Shown: piece by piece, positions 52,307 through 61,274 of the stretch | How the letters are laid out: each line of letters starts with the position of its first letter | Position numbering within the stretch: position 1 is the stretch's first letter | Assembly: GCA_029258835.1 (NCBI GenBank) | Contig: JAPDJY010000012.1 | Coordinates: 1 to 61,274, forward strand | Direction: 5' to 3' | DNA: 61,274 nucleotides | Source of the DNA: Thermoproteota archaeon | Lineage (GTDB): Archaea > Asgardarchaeota > Jordiarchaeia > Jordiarchaeales > Freyrarchaeaceae | Translations under genes and position numbers: made by a program | The notes under the pieces: generated by a model | The model's database searches: none | Seen by the model: only the letters and a program-made list of their open reading frames with translations | What the model was told of the DNA's origin: nothing

Positions 52307-52409
52307 TGGTGCGGGCTCCGGGATATGCTCAGGGAGTCAGCACTCCCTATTGAACCCGGGTCACTGGCGTGGCAGGCCAGTGTCCTAGTCCAGGCTAGAC
52401 TAAGCCCGC
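52307..52409 (-). tRNA. tRNA-Gly(GCC) with 25-nt intron at 58/59 (52325-52349)
   Basis: Strict BHB: GTTC/GAGC central helix, AGGGAGT/ACTCCCT intron helix; encoded CCA. Confidence 0.93.
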
Positions 52410-52519
52410 GCCCATTCTTAGATGAGACGAGCATCCTACTTAAATTTTTCTTTTTAAGGTTCTGTTAACTTGTTGCTGGTGAAATTAAAAAATATTGAGT
52501 TTGCGTCCTAGCCCCATTG

Positions 52520-53028
52520 GAGACAAACCTTGTCAATTTGGTTTGATGATAAGCAGCCTCTCTTACCAAGTCTTCCCAACCATTTTTATTTTCAAATCAA
52601 CTTCGCAAGCTTCAGCAGGTATTTTACCTTTCAAGCTCAAATGAGGTCTTAGGAAATTGTAGTAAACAAACCAGCCTCTTAACCAAATCTTAGCAGTTTC
52701 TTCACTTTTAACCTCTTAAAGGTTTTAGCCTATCCTTTAATGTTCTATGAAGTCTTTCAACAACATTATTTGTTTCTCTTACTCTAATTCCGGCTCTTCT
52801 TACGAATTCTACTCTATGTTCTTTATATCCGCTGTAAAAAATTTTCTTTGAAGTTTTTTCATAGGTCCATAAACCATCTACAACTACTCTTTTTGGTCTT
52901 TCAACTGATCTTTCTTTAGCTTGTTTAAACAGCTTGATTACTTCTTCTATTGTTCTTTCTCCAGATAAATGAGTAGTGACCAAAAATTAGGTATCAGCAT
53001 CAATTATTTCCCAGAACCATTTATATTC
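52520..53028 (-). pseudogene. IS6-family DDE transposase remnant
   Basis: KWFWEIID.., VVVDGLWTY, TNNVVERLHRTLKDR, then frameshifted YYNFLRPHLSLKGKIPAE; 5' part missing. Confidence 0.82.
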
Positions 53029-53095
53029 AATTAGCTCTCCAGCTGATTAAAAAAGAAATACCTACATTATGGATGTTATTTCACAGCAAATCAAT

Positions 53096-53629
53096 CTACT
53101 TCTTCTTAAAATTAAGTATATGATCCTTTTGTTCTACTAAAGAATAAAGATTCGTGGCTCCTATAATTTCCAGAACTCTTTCCTTTTTCATACGGAAGCA
53201 ATAGCGTGTAGAGAGATATCCGCTTGGTTTCAAAACTCTATGTAATTCTTTTAGTACAAAATCTTTGTCCTCTATTTCAGGAAGTGCACCATATAACAAG
53301 ATTATGTCTATGCTTTCATCAGGTAAACCTGTATTTCCATCGGATAGAATTGTATATATATTATGAAGCCCTTCTTTTTCAGCCTTTTCTTCAACCTTTT
53401 TTAAAGCTAATGGTTGCTTGTCCAAAGCATAAACTTTTCCTTGTTTGCCTACTAATTTAGCAACAGGAATAGTGTAGGAGCCAATACCACAACCAAAATC
53501 TAAAATTGTTTGTCCTTGCTTTATATCAATTTTTTTAATTTCTTCCTCTGGTTTAAATGGTATGCCAAATCTATCTCTTAATCTCAAAAAGAAATATTCT
53601 AATCTCAACCTAACATTAAAATGTTTCAT
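53096..53629 (-). CDS. Class I SAM-dependent methyltransferase (cargo)
   Basis: ILDFGCGIG, VYALD, ELHRVLKPSG. Confidence 0.9.
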   Translation of the reverse strand: MKHFNVRLRLEYFFLRLRDRFGIPFKPEEEIKKIDIKQGQTILDFGCGIGSYTIPVAKLVGKQGKVYALDKQPLALKKVEEKAEKEGLHNIYTILSDGNTGLPDESIDIILLYGALPEIEDKDFVLKELHRVLKPSGYLSTRYCFRMKKERVLEIIGATNLYSLVEQKDHILNFKKK

Positions 53630-53757
53630 ATCCAGTAATGATAAATCAATGTTTATAAATTTTCTGTTTTCAGTCTGCTTCGCAGAATTTTATAAAACGC
53701 TCGAGGGGCAAACTTCTCGGAAAGCTTCGCTTTCCTTGTCCTCGTTTCACTCTGAGA

Positions 53758-53838
53758 ATATAACAGCGGATAAACGGTTCGCCTTTGGCTCACCCAAACC
53801 ACTCTCAGTGGCTTCGCATATTCGCCAAAACGTTATAC
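53758..53838 (-). repeat. attC-like imperfect palindrome
   Basis: On minus strand GTATAAC...GCGAATA...TATCCGC.GTTATAT, with AAC/GTT core ends and paired inner boxes. Confidence 0.5.
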
Positions 53839-53939
53839 CAACAATAAGTTAACAGAATCCTTTTTAAAAATATTTAATTATGATGCTAATTGAATTGCTT
53901 TAGCCAATTATCATAACTTTTAAAGCGTCACCATGTTAG

Positions 53940-54824
53940 GTGGGGTGGTACGGTACTATGCTTGTTCCAGCGACCGATAACCATATGCATGTTAATCCTG
54001 TTAGGGGATTGGGACCTAAGGAGGTTGCCAAGTTTTTTAGGGCTTCTGGTGGGAGCTGTGTTTTCCTTGTTAGTTTGCCGAGCTGGTCGTATGGAGTGTC
54101 CGTAAGTAAGTCTTCGGATTACGAAGAATGTTATGGTTACGTGGTTGACTGTGTTAACCATTTCCTGAGTGTTGGCGTAGCTGCGTATGGAGTCGTTGGA
54201 GTACACCCTGCCGAGTTGACGTTTATGATTAGTAGAGGGATGAGTTTGAGGAGGGCGGTGGAGGTCATGCGTGGCGGCCTCGAGGCTGCGGCTCGGTGGG
54301 TTGAGGAGCAGCGAGCAGTGGCGATTGGTGAAGTGGGTCTTCCACATTACCCTGTGAGCGGCGAGGTCCTTGAAGCGTCTAATGAATTGTTGGTATACGC
54401 TATGGAGCTTGCTAAGGATGTGGGGTGTGCTATTCAGCTTCACACAGGGAGTGTAAGGAAAAGTGATTTACTGGAGGTCGTGGGGAAAGCAGAGAAAGTT
54501 GGCCTTAGCCCTGAAAAGGTGGTGAAGCACTTTGCGCCTCCGGACTTAGACCTTTTCTCTAGCGGTGTTTTTCCTTCGATCCTAGCGACTGAGAAGAATG
54601 TTAGTAAGGTGCTGCCTAAAGGTACCCGCTTTCTTTTGGAAACTGATTACATAGATGATCCTAAGCGTCCAGGGGCGGTTCTGGGGCCGAGAAGCGTTCC
54701 TCGCCTTGTTAGGAAAATGCTTATGCGAGGAGTTAGCGAGGAGGTTTTCTGGAAGGTATGTAAGGAGAACCCGGAGAAGATATATGGGGTTGAAATCCAG
54801 ATAAAGACTGGGATTTCCGTTTAA
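53940..54824 (+). CDS. TatD-related metal-dependent hydrolase
   Basis: DNHMHVN, VGVHPAE, IGEVGLPHY, QLHT, LLETDY.DDP.RPGAVLGP. Confidence 0.9.
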   Translation: MGWYGTMLVPATDNHMHVNPVRGLGPKEVAKFFRASGGSCVFLVSLPSWSYGVSVSKSSDYEECYGYVVDCVNHFLSVGVAAYGVVGVHPAELTFMISRGMSLRRAVEVMRGGLEAAARWVEEQRAVAIGEVGLPHYPVSGEVLEASNELLVYAMELAKDVGCAIQLHTGSVRKSDLLEVVGKAEKVGLSPEKVVKHFAPPDLDLFSSGVFPSILATEKNVSKVLPKGTRFLLETDYIDDPKRPGAVLGPRSVPRLVRKMLMRGVSEEVFWKVCKENPEKIYGVEIQIKTGISV

Positions 54825-54830
54825 AGCGCT

Positions 54831-55481
54831 TTGAGGCTTGGGTCAATGTCTGCTTGGCATACCGCCTACAAGCTCCGCATCTCCGACGTTGTGAACGGCA
54901 CTCCCGAAGAATTAGGTAGAGGCGGCGTTCGGATTGTGACGGAAAGCGGCTTCCATGCTACCCGTGTTAGAGTTATGGGTACAGTTGTTGACGTTTTTAA
55001 AAGTGAGATTGGCGAATATGCGAACCTTACACTTGACGATGGTACGGGTACGATTAGAGTTAAGGTTTGGGGCGAAAAAGCCGCCTTGCTGGGTGGTGTA
55101 AGCGTAGGGGACGTAGTGGACGTAGTAGGATTAGTGAGATTTTATCAAGGAGAAATATATTTAGTTCCAGAGTTAATAATTAGGGTGAGTGATCCTAATT
55201 GGGAGCTTGTTAGGGAACTTGAACTAGCTCTACTTCCCAAGATTGCAGGTCAGGTTCACGTGAAACGTTCAAGCAAGAAGCTTCGCGAGGGGATTCTCAA
55301 GATAATTGATGCTTTAGATGCCGGAGATGGTGTGGCAAGAGAGCGCTTAGAGAGTCTTTTAAATGTGTCAGGTGAGGAGTTGGATGTGGAGCTTGACTTG
55401 ATGCTAAGGGAAGGTATAATATATGAAGTGAGGGAAGGGTTCTATAGGAGGTTAGGCGGCTTAGACGAAGACGTGAATTGA
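54831..55481 (+). CDS. RPA32-like OB-fold plus winged-helix ssDNA-binding subunit
   Basis: RVRVMGTVV, LDDGTGTIRV, DPNWELVRELE, C-terminal wHTH EGIIYE. Confidence 0.82.
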   Translation: MRLGSMSAWHTAYKLRISDVVNGTPEELGRGGVRIVTESGFHATRVRVMGTVVDVFKSEIGEYANLTLDDGTGTIRVKVWGEKAALLGGVSVGDVVDVVGLVRFYQGEIYLVPELIIRVSDPNWELVRELELALLPKIAGQVHVKRSSKKLREGILKIIDALDAGDGVARERLESLLNVSGEELDVELDLMLREGIIYEVREGFYRRLGGLDEDVN

Positions 55482-55912
55482 AAATGGAGGTGTGTTTCTT
55501 GGTTGAGTTAGACTATGAGGCGCTCTTGGATAGAGCTAGGGGTCAGCTTCCAAGGGAGGTATCCGAAAGAAAGCGTTTCGAGGTGCCACGCGCCAGTGTT
55601 TTCAACGAAGGCAACAGGACGACCATCAGAAACTTTAAGGAAATAACTGAGAGGCTTAACAGGGATCCACAACACCTCCTAAGGTTCCTTGCAAGGGAGC
55701 TCGCGACCGCGGGGACGATAGAGGGAACACGTGCCGTGTTTCAAGGTGTTTTCACCGAGGCGGCTGTTAACAGGTTGATAGAACGTTACGTTCAGACATA
55801 TGTGATCTGCCGAGAATGCGGAAGGCCGGATACTAGGATAGAAAAAGAAAGAAGGATACATTACCTGGTCTGTGAGGCTTGTGGTGCACGTACTTCGGTA
55901 AAACACTTGTAA
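55478..55912 (+). CDS. eif2b: Translation initiation factor aIF-2 beta
   Basis: YEALLDRA, TTIRNF, RELATAG, YVICRECGRPDT...CEACGA. Confidence 0.96.
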   Translation: MKMEVCFLVELDYEALLDRARGQLPREVSERKRFEVPRASVFNEGNRTTIRNFKEITERLNRDPQHLLRFLARELATAGTIEGTRAVFQGVFTEAAVNRLIERYVQTYVICRECGRPDTRIEKERRIHYLVCEACGARTSVKHL

Positions 55913-55927
55913 GAAGGTTAACTTGAA

Positions 55928-56224
55928 ATGAAGGTTTACTTATCTGAGAGGCGCATAGGGGATGATGTCATAATCGCGATATGTGATGAGGAAATACTGG
56001 GTAAAACCTTTAGGGAAGGCGACCTTAAGTTAGAGGTAAAGAAAGACTTTTACGGGGGAAGGCTTGTCCCAGTTGAGGATGGCTTAAAGGCGATAGAACG
56101 AGGAACAATAGTGAACTTGGTAGGTAACGTCATAATTTCGAAGGCTGTAGAGGCAGGCTTAATACCCGCAGAGGGCGTAATAAAAATTCAGGGAGTGGCG
56201 CATGCCCAGAAAATAATTCTTTAA
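55928..56224 (+). CDS. DUF424 family protein
   Basis: IAICDEEILGK, FYGG, IVNLVG, GVAHAQ. Confidence 0.85.
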   Translation: MKVYLSERRIGDDVIIAICDEEILGKTFREGDLKLEVKKDFYGGRLVPVEDGLKAIERGTIVNLVGNVIISKAVEAGLIPAEGVIKIQGVAHAQKIIL

Positions 56225-56225
56225 A

Positions 56226-57269
56226 GTGGTGGTAATAGTGGCTAGGTTTTGTGCGATCTGCGGTGCATCTAATGTGAAACTAATTGAAAATCTATGTTTA
56301 AGGTGTTACCTAGAGCGGGAGTTTGAGCGGAAACTGCCCAGTGTAAAGGCTGCCATTTGCCCATCCTGTTTGAGTTACCGGGTGAAGGGGAAATGGGTTA
56401 AGTCAAACACTCCCATGTTGAGCGATGCCATCAACCAAGTGGTTAAAGGCTCCGTCCACTTTTCTTTTCCTAGTGATGTTAAAGGAAATGTCAGGGCTGA
56501 AGCGGTAGTTGAAGACGTGAGGCCCAGAGAGGGACGTAACAGGGTTCCTGTGAAGATCACCTACGAAGAAGGCTGCTTCCATTTGGAGGCACATACAATA
56601 ATTGACGTGTATCTTAAGCTGGAGGAGTGCCCGCTTTGCATAAGAAGGAAGAGTGAAGCAAAGGAGGCAATCCTTCAATTTAGAGGTGTTGATAAAAATG
56701 TTGATAACCGGCTGCGTAAGCAGATTCTTTCGATTATAGATGAGGAAGCATCCAGAATAAATGCTACATATAAAGTCGAGGAAAGAAAAATTGGTTTTGA
56801 CGTGAAGGTTAGTTCTAGGAATATGGCTCGCAGCATTGCTCAGAAAATGAAAGAATTATTTAACGCTGAACTGGTTGAAACCTTCAAAAATAAACATGCT
56901 GGAGAAGGTAGGAAAGGCGTTACTTTCATCTCGGTTAGGATACCGCCCCAAAGTGATAAATTTATCCTTCTACGCGAAAAGATCCTGAAAATCAAGCGCG
57001 ACATTAAGAAAAGAAAGGTTCTCAGCGAAGACGTCGTAACAGGGGAACCCCTCCACATTGATCTTGGAAAAGTAAGGGTTCTCTCAAGGGAGGCCTCCCT
57101 CCTTCCCAAAGAATACATGGTGTTATCTGTGATGAACGACGTTGTCCAGTTAATGGACTTGGAAACGTACAAAATATTTGAAGTGCCGCTTCTAGTGGAC
57201 GGGAAAAACTTCAAAGAAGGCATGGTGTTGAAAGCAATAGAACACGAAGGAAAAATAACACTGGTTTAA
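56226..57269 (+). CDS. nmd3: NMD3-family 50S/60S maturation factor
   Basis: CAICG..LCLRC, CPSC, CPLC, EAILQFRG, C-terminal OB QLMDLETYK. Confidence 0.85.
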   Translation: MVVIVARFCAICGASNVKLIENLCLRCYLEREFERKLPSVKAAICPSCLSYRVKGKWVKSNTPMLSDAINQVVKGSVHFSFPSDVKGNVRAEAVVEDVRPREGRNRVPVKITYEEGCFHLEAHTIIDVYLKLEECPLCIRRKSEAKEAILQFRGVDKNVDNRLRKQILSIIDEEASRINATYKVEERKIGFDVKVSSRNMARSIAQKMKELFNAELVETFKNKHAGEGRKGVTFISVRIPPQSDKFILLREKILKIKRDIKKRKVLSEDVVTGEPLHIDLGKVRVLSREASLLPKEYMVLSVMNDVVQLMDLETYKIFEVPLLVDGKNFKEGMVLKAIEHEGKITLV

Positions 57270-57574
57270 AGCATCCAGCTTTTAACCCATTCTCTCCCTG
57301 CTCACCCCTTCCACAAATAATTAATTTCCATTTCAAACTGCTAATCGAATTCTCAGAAGAAACAATCAAGTAATTCGCTGTGGCCGGGGTTATCAACAAT
57401 GCCTTGAAACAAGATTTATATATATTTCACATTAACACTATCTTAAGCTTCATCCGATGAAAAATTTAACAAAGTAAACATTTAACATCTGCTGTATCTG
57501 GAGAATGCCATCCGGTTTAAGACCTAATCATTGTAACCTTAAAATGGAAGATTAATTATAAGTGCATACTTCAA

Positions 57575-57886
57575 GTGGAGGTTCAAGAAATGGTTCGTAA
57601 ATCTAAGGGATATAGGAGTAGGACTAGGAAGCTACTTAGAAAGCACCCTAGAAGGAGGGGAATTCCTTCACCAGATAAGCTACTTTACGATTACAAGGTA
57701 GGTGAGAAGGTTACAATAATTATAGATCCGAGCATCCATAAGGGAATGCCCCATAAGCGCTTCCACGGTAAGGTTGGAACTGTTATCGAGAAGAGAGGCA
57801 GAGCCTACGTTTTATCAGTTATGGTTGGAAGCAAGGAGAAGAAGGTGATCGCCAGACCCGAGCATCTACGTCCACTTATTAGTTGA
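57575..57886 (+). CDS. rpl21e: Ribosomal protein eL21
   Basis: SKGYRSRTR, HKGMPHKRFHGKVG, RPEHL. Confidence 0.97.
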   Translation: MEVQEMVRKSKGYRSRTRKLLRKHPRRRGIPSPDKLLYDYKVGEKVTIIIDPSIHKGMPHKRFHGKVGTVIEKRGRAYVLSVMVGSKEKKVIARPEHLRPLIS

Positions 57887-57905
57887 TGAAAATGGAGGTT
57901 TTTCA

Positions 57906-58247
57906 TTGCCCGTGGAGATCATATCCGAAAGATATCTTACGTTATCTGAAGTTCGAGAAATACTTGAGGAGAGGGAGAGGGAAGGCCGCTTAAATCACGC
58001 TCAAAGAAACACCTTAGAATATGTTCGGTTATTTGCGAAACTACCAGCAAAGAAGTCGAGAGAGTTGGTAAATACTCTCATCGAAAAATATAAGTTGAGG
58101 GAGCTCACGGCAACCCAAATAGCCAACGTTCTACCTCAAACCGTTGAGGAGTTAAGAGTCTTCCTGACGGATGAGGTTAAAGTTTTCACCAAGGATGAGC
58201 TGGAGGAAATATTGTCGACTATTAATAGTTTCTTAGAGGAAAAGTAG
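57906..58247 (+). CDS. rpoF: RNA polymerase subunit Rpo4 (RpoF)
   Basis: LTLSEVREIL, TLEYVRLFAKL, IANVLPQTVEELR; conserved position after eL21. Confidence 0.93.
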   Translation: MPVEIISERYLTLSEVREILEEREREGRLNHAQRNTLEYVRLFAKLPAKKSRELVNTLIEKYKLRELTATQIANVLPQTVEELRVFLTDEVKVFTKDELEEILSTINSFLEEK

Positions 58248-58284
58248 TGGGTGAGCCTTTTATTTACCTGCGATTTCCCGAGGG

Positions 58285-58923
58285 GTGGGGGAGCTGGAGA
58301 AAAATCGTTCCAAGAAGAAGTATGAAGAATATGCATATGTTTTAGACTACTTGCCGTATGGACGTGCTGATGATAGGCGGCCTATTTATCAGCGTAAGCC
58401 GATAGTTCAGGCAGTTGGAGAAGAGTTTTTCACCCTCCTCGAGTTGACCCCTAAAAGAAACGTTAACCTTTCACCTCATGAACGCGTTTACATTGGGAAG
58501 GGAGAACGCGCGAAAATTGACCACGTTGAGAGAAGGATAAGCTATGAAGAGTTGACATCGGTTGCGAAGAGCGAGCTCCCCGCGGTCATTGAGAAGATAG
58601 TGGAGGAAAACGAAAAGAAGTTCGTGGATTTTTTCAATAATGCACAGCCAATATCAACGCGTCTACACCAGCTTAAGCTTATCCCCGGTATAGGAAGCAA
58701 GACCATGTGGAATATACTCGAAGAGAGGGAGAAGAAACCGTTCGAAGATTTCAAAGACTTAGCGGAGCGCGGAAAGCTTCACGAGCCAAAAAAAGCGGTG
58801 GTTAGCAGGATAATCTCCGAGTTGAAAGGCGAAGACAAGTATCGTCTCTTTACGAGGCCGCCAACACCAGAACCGTCAGAGAGGCAATACCAGAAGAAAC
58901 CGGCTAAAGGGATATCCGGATGA
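58285..58923 (+). CDS. DUF655 putative RNA-binding protein
   Basis: EEYAYVLDYLPYG, FTLLEL, FVDFFN.AQPI..RLHQL.LIPGIG. Confidence 0.92.
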   Translation: MGELEKNRSKKKYEEYAYVLDYLPYGRADDRRPIYQRKPIVQAVGEEFFTLLELTPKRNVNLSPHERVYIGKGERAKIDHVERRISYEELTSVAKSELPAVIEKIVEENEKKFVDFFNNAQPISTRLHQLKLIPGIGSKTMWNILEEREKKPFEDFKDLAERGKLHEPKKAVVSRIISELKGEDKYRLFTRPPTPEPSERQYQKKPAKGISG

Positions 58924-59753
58924 GCGTCCGAGAAGTAAGGTCCCTGTTGAGGAAGTATAATGTAAGGCTCAGCAGGAGGAAAGGTCAAAGCCTCCTTGTA
59001 AACCCCAGAATAGTGAGTCGAGAGATATCTTACGCGGAAATCGGAAGGGACGATGTCGTGGTCGAGGTCGGGGCAGGTTTGGGAACACTTACCCGTGCCC
59101 TCGCCGAGAAAGCAGGGAAAGTTTACGCTATAGAATTGGATAAGCGTTTAGTCGCAATCTTGGAGGACCGCCTCTCCCACTTTGACAACGTCGAGATAAT
59201 TCATGGGGATGCCCTCGAAGTAGACTTCCCCCCCTTCAACAAAATCGTTTCAAATCCTCCATACTCCATATCCGCCCCATTGATCCTTAAGATAGCACCG
59301 TTAAAGTTTGAGAGAGCGGTGCTAACTTTCCAGTTAGAATTCGCTGAGCGTCTAGTAGCGAAACCCGGGTCAAAACAGTATGGCCGCCTATCAGTAAGCG
59401 TTCAACACTACCTAAACACCAAAATATTAGAAAAAATAGGCAGGGAAAACTTTTTCCCCCCACCAAAAGTTGACTCTGCAATAGTGCTGCTAACGCCAAG
59501 ACCGTCTCCCCCCCGAATAAACAGCACCTTCCTCTCGGACATAACGCGTCAACTTTTCACCACACCAAACAAGAAAGTAAGGCACAGGGTTTTCCGCATC
59601 CTAGAGAAGCTAGACGTTCCAAAAGACGGCATCTCACGCCTTGTTGAGAGATGTCCGATAGCAGAGAAAAGGGTGAGGCAACTCACACCGAAAGAAGTGG
59701 AAGACCTAGCTTCTTGGATCTGGAGGTTAATTGATGAAAGAAAAAAAGATTGA
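58920..59753 (+). CDS. rsmA: 16S rRNA dimethyladenosine transferase KsgA/Dim1
   Basis: GQSLL, EVGAGLG.LT, SNPPYSIS, YGRLSV, FFPPPKVDS. Confidence 0.95.
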   Translation: MSVREVRSLLRKYNVRLSRRKGQSLLVNPRIVSREISYAEIGRDDVVVEVGAGLGTLTRALAEKAGKVYAIELDKRLVAILEDRLSHFDNVEIIHGDALEVDFPPFNKIVSNPPYSISAPLILKIAPLKFERAVLTFQLEFAERLVAKPGSKQYGRLSVSVQHYLNTKILEKIGRENFFPPPKVDSAIVLLTPRPSPPRINSTFLSDITRQLFTTPNKKVRHRVFRILEKLDVPKDGISRLVERCPIAEKRVRQLTPKEVEDLASWIWRLIDERKKD

Positions 59754-60387
59754 CAACTTCACCATTTTCATCTTCGACGAAGTCTACGATCCTGCTGACG
59801 ATTCACTACTCCTAGCGGATAACTTAGCCGTTAATCCTGGCGACCTAGTGATAGAGGTGGGCTCAGGATGCGGTATAATATCGATCCTAGCCGCAGCTAA
59901 AGGGGGAAAGCGAGTGGTAGCCATAGACGTTTCCCCTCCTGCAGCGAGAAATACACTTTACAACGTCAGAGTTAACGGGATGGAGGGAGTGATCGACGTG
60001 CTAGTTGCTGATCTGTTAAACGCCATTAAACCAGAAGAAATGTTTGACGTCGTCCTCTTTAACCCTCCGTACCTCCCTGTAGAGGAGGACGGGATCCTAG
60101 AAGCTTCATGGAGTGGGGGGAAAACCGGCCGTGAAGTCATAGAACGCTTCATAGAAAACGTTAGGAACTACATAAAATTTGACGGTAGATGCCAAATAGT
60201 TCTCTCCTCCCTCATGAAACCTCAAACCGTGATTAGAAAGCTAAAGAAAATTGGGTTTAAGGCAGAGCTGGTAGCCGAGAAACGCTTCTTCTTCGAAAAA
60301 ATATGCGTGGTAACGTTTCATCGCTCGGCTTCTTCTTGCCCTCCAGACCAAGGCGGAGACCGCCTCCACCCCTTAACGCCTCTTTAA
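59731..60387 (+). CDS. HemK2/MTQ2-family protein-glutamine methyltransferase
   Basis: VYDPADDSLLL, EVGSGCG, FNPPY, WSGGKTGR. Confidence 0.9.
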   Translation: MMKEKKIDNFTIFIFDEVYDPADDSLLLADNLAVNPGDLVIEVGSGCGIISILAAAKGGKRVVAIDVSPPAARNTLYNVRVNGMEGVIDVLVADLLNAIKPEEMFDVVLFNPPYLPVEEDGILEASWSGGKTGREVIERFIENVRNYIKFDGRCQIVLSSLMKPQTVIRKLKKIGFKAELVAEKRFFFEKICVVTFHRSASSCPPDQGGDRLHPLTPL

Positions 60388-60488
60388 GGTTTTCTCCGAA
60401 TCAAAGAAAGGAGACCTTCAGGTTACTGCGAGAAAAATTTAAAGTTGCAACGTCTTTTTTCCTTCTGAGGGTTCTTCTCGGAGGGGCG

Positions 60489-61274
60489 ATGGTGCCGATA
60501 AACCTTAACGCGGAAGCCAAGGTGGCATTAAAGAAGCTCGAAGAAGCAAGAACAAAGGAAGAGCAAATCCAGGCAATAGAGGAGCTCCTGAGCAAAATGA
60601 GTAAACATAAGGGAACTGAAAAGTTCATTTTACAGCTTAAAAGAAGGCTTGCAAGGCTCAGGGACGAGGTTGAACGGGAAAGGGAGAGGAGGGCGAAGGG
60701 CGGCGTTCAGTTTAACGTTAAAAAGGAGGGAGGAGGGCAAATCATTCTCGTCGGCTTAACCAACAGTGGTAAAAGCCTCATTCTTAACCGACTTACGGGG
60801 GCTGACGTGAAGGTAGGAGACTACCCTTTCACTACGACCATGCCTGAAGTTGGAATTTTCAACTTTAACGGAGCCCCCATCCAGATAGTTGAGGCACCAG
60901 CCATCTTCGAAGGGTGCGCGAAGACCGCCACAGGACCGAGAATTTTCTCCTTGATTAGAAACGCCGACGTCATTGCGCTAGTTATAGATTTAACTTTAGA
61001 TCCCGTGTTCCAAGTCGAAACATTACTAAGGGAACTAAAGGAACAGAAAATATACCTGAATAAGCCACGTCCAAAGGTTTACGTGAAGAAGACAGGTGAG
61101 GGAGGCATACAGGTAATCGGCGCATCGATGTACAATGGCGACTTAGACGAGCTCACATCATTTCTTAACTCGAAGCGTATAGTTAACGCTGTGGTGTATA
61201 TAAGGGAGCCGGCAAAGCTTGAAGACGTAAAATTAGCCATGGATGAGGCAGCAACGTTTAAACCGGCATTAATC
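60489..61274 (+). CDS. DRG/OBG-family GTPase (partial, runs off window end)
   Basis: KHKGTEK, FNVKKEGGGQIILVGLTNSGKS, DYPFTT, IQIVEAP; absent from the ORF track because there is no stop codon in the window. Confidence 0.88.
   Translation, partial: MVPINLNAEAKVALKKLEEARTKEEQIQAIEELLSKMSKHKGTEKFILQLKRRLARLRDEVERERERRAKGGVQFNVKKEGGGQIILVGLTNSGKSLILNRLTGADVKVGDYPFTTTMPEVGIFNFNGAPIQIVEAPAIFEGCAKTATGPRIFSLIRNADVIALVIDLTLDPVFQVETLLRELKEQKIYLNKPRPKVYVKKTGEGGIQVIGASMYNGDLDELTSFLNSKRIVNAVVYIREPAKLEDVKLAMDEAATFKPALI

Larger units (their letters stand above)
52458..53859. mobile_element. IS6-family element (degraded transposase) with methyltransferase cargo, low GC
   Basis: TIRs GGTTCTGTTAACTTGTTGCTGGT / ACCAACAATAAGTTAACAGAATC (20/23 match); 8-bp TSD CTTTTTAA at 52450-57 and 53860-67. 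Confidence 0.88.

Overview
About 61 kb of chromosomal DNA from an archaeon, most likely a thermophilic Asgard lineage. This assignment is inferred from the Rab-like GTPase, the alpha-SNAP-like protein, the branched ES39 in a GC-rich stand-alone 23S rRNA, and RPA32/NMD3/aIF2-beta. Most of the window is housekeeping: ABC transporters, his operon, archaeosine genes, NrdD, LeuA, uL2/uL3/uL4, RpoF, KsgA and DRG. The most unusual items are: (1) a translationally coupled pair of a soluble MtrA-MtrH fusion and a single-chain tandem thymidylate-synthase-like protein with an Asn177->Asp (dCMP-type) specificity residue, suggesting a corrinoid-dependent pyrimidine C5-methylation route; (2) six tRNA genes that all carry BHB introns (12 in total), including a tRNA-Leu with four introns, a tRNA-Met with three apparently order-dependent introns, and an intron at 8/9; (3) a TnpB element bounded by IS6-type inverted repeats and an 8-bp TSD, plus a second IS6-ended cargo element, both inserted about 13 bp from a TATA box; (4) an unannotated three-hairpin H/ACA RNA whose pockets match the 23S rRNA in the same window; (5) a Rab GTPase-M20 hydrolase fusion. 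All calls come from reading the sequence by eye; no searches were run.
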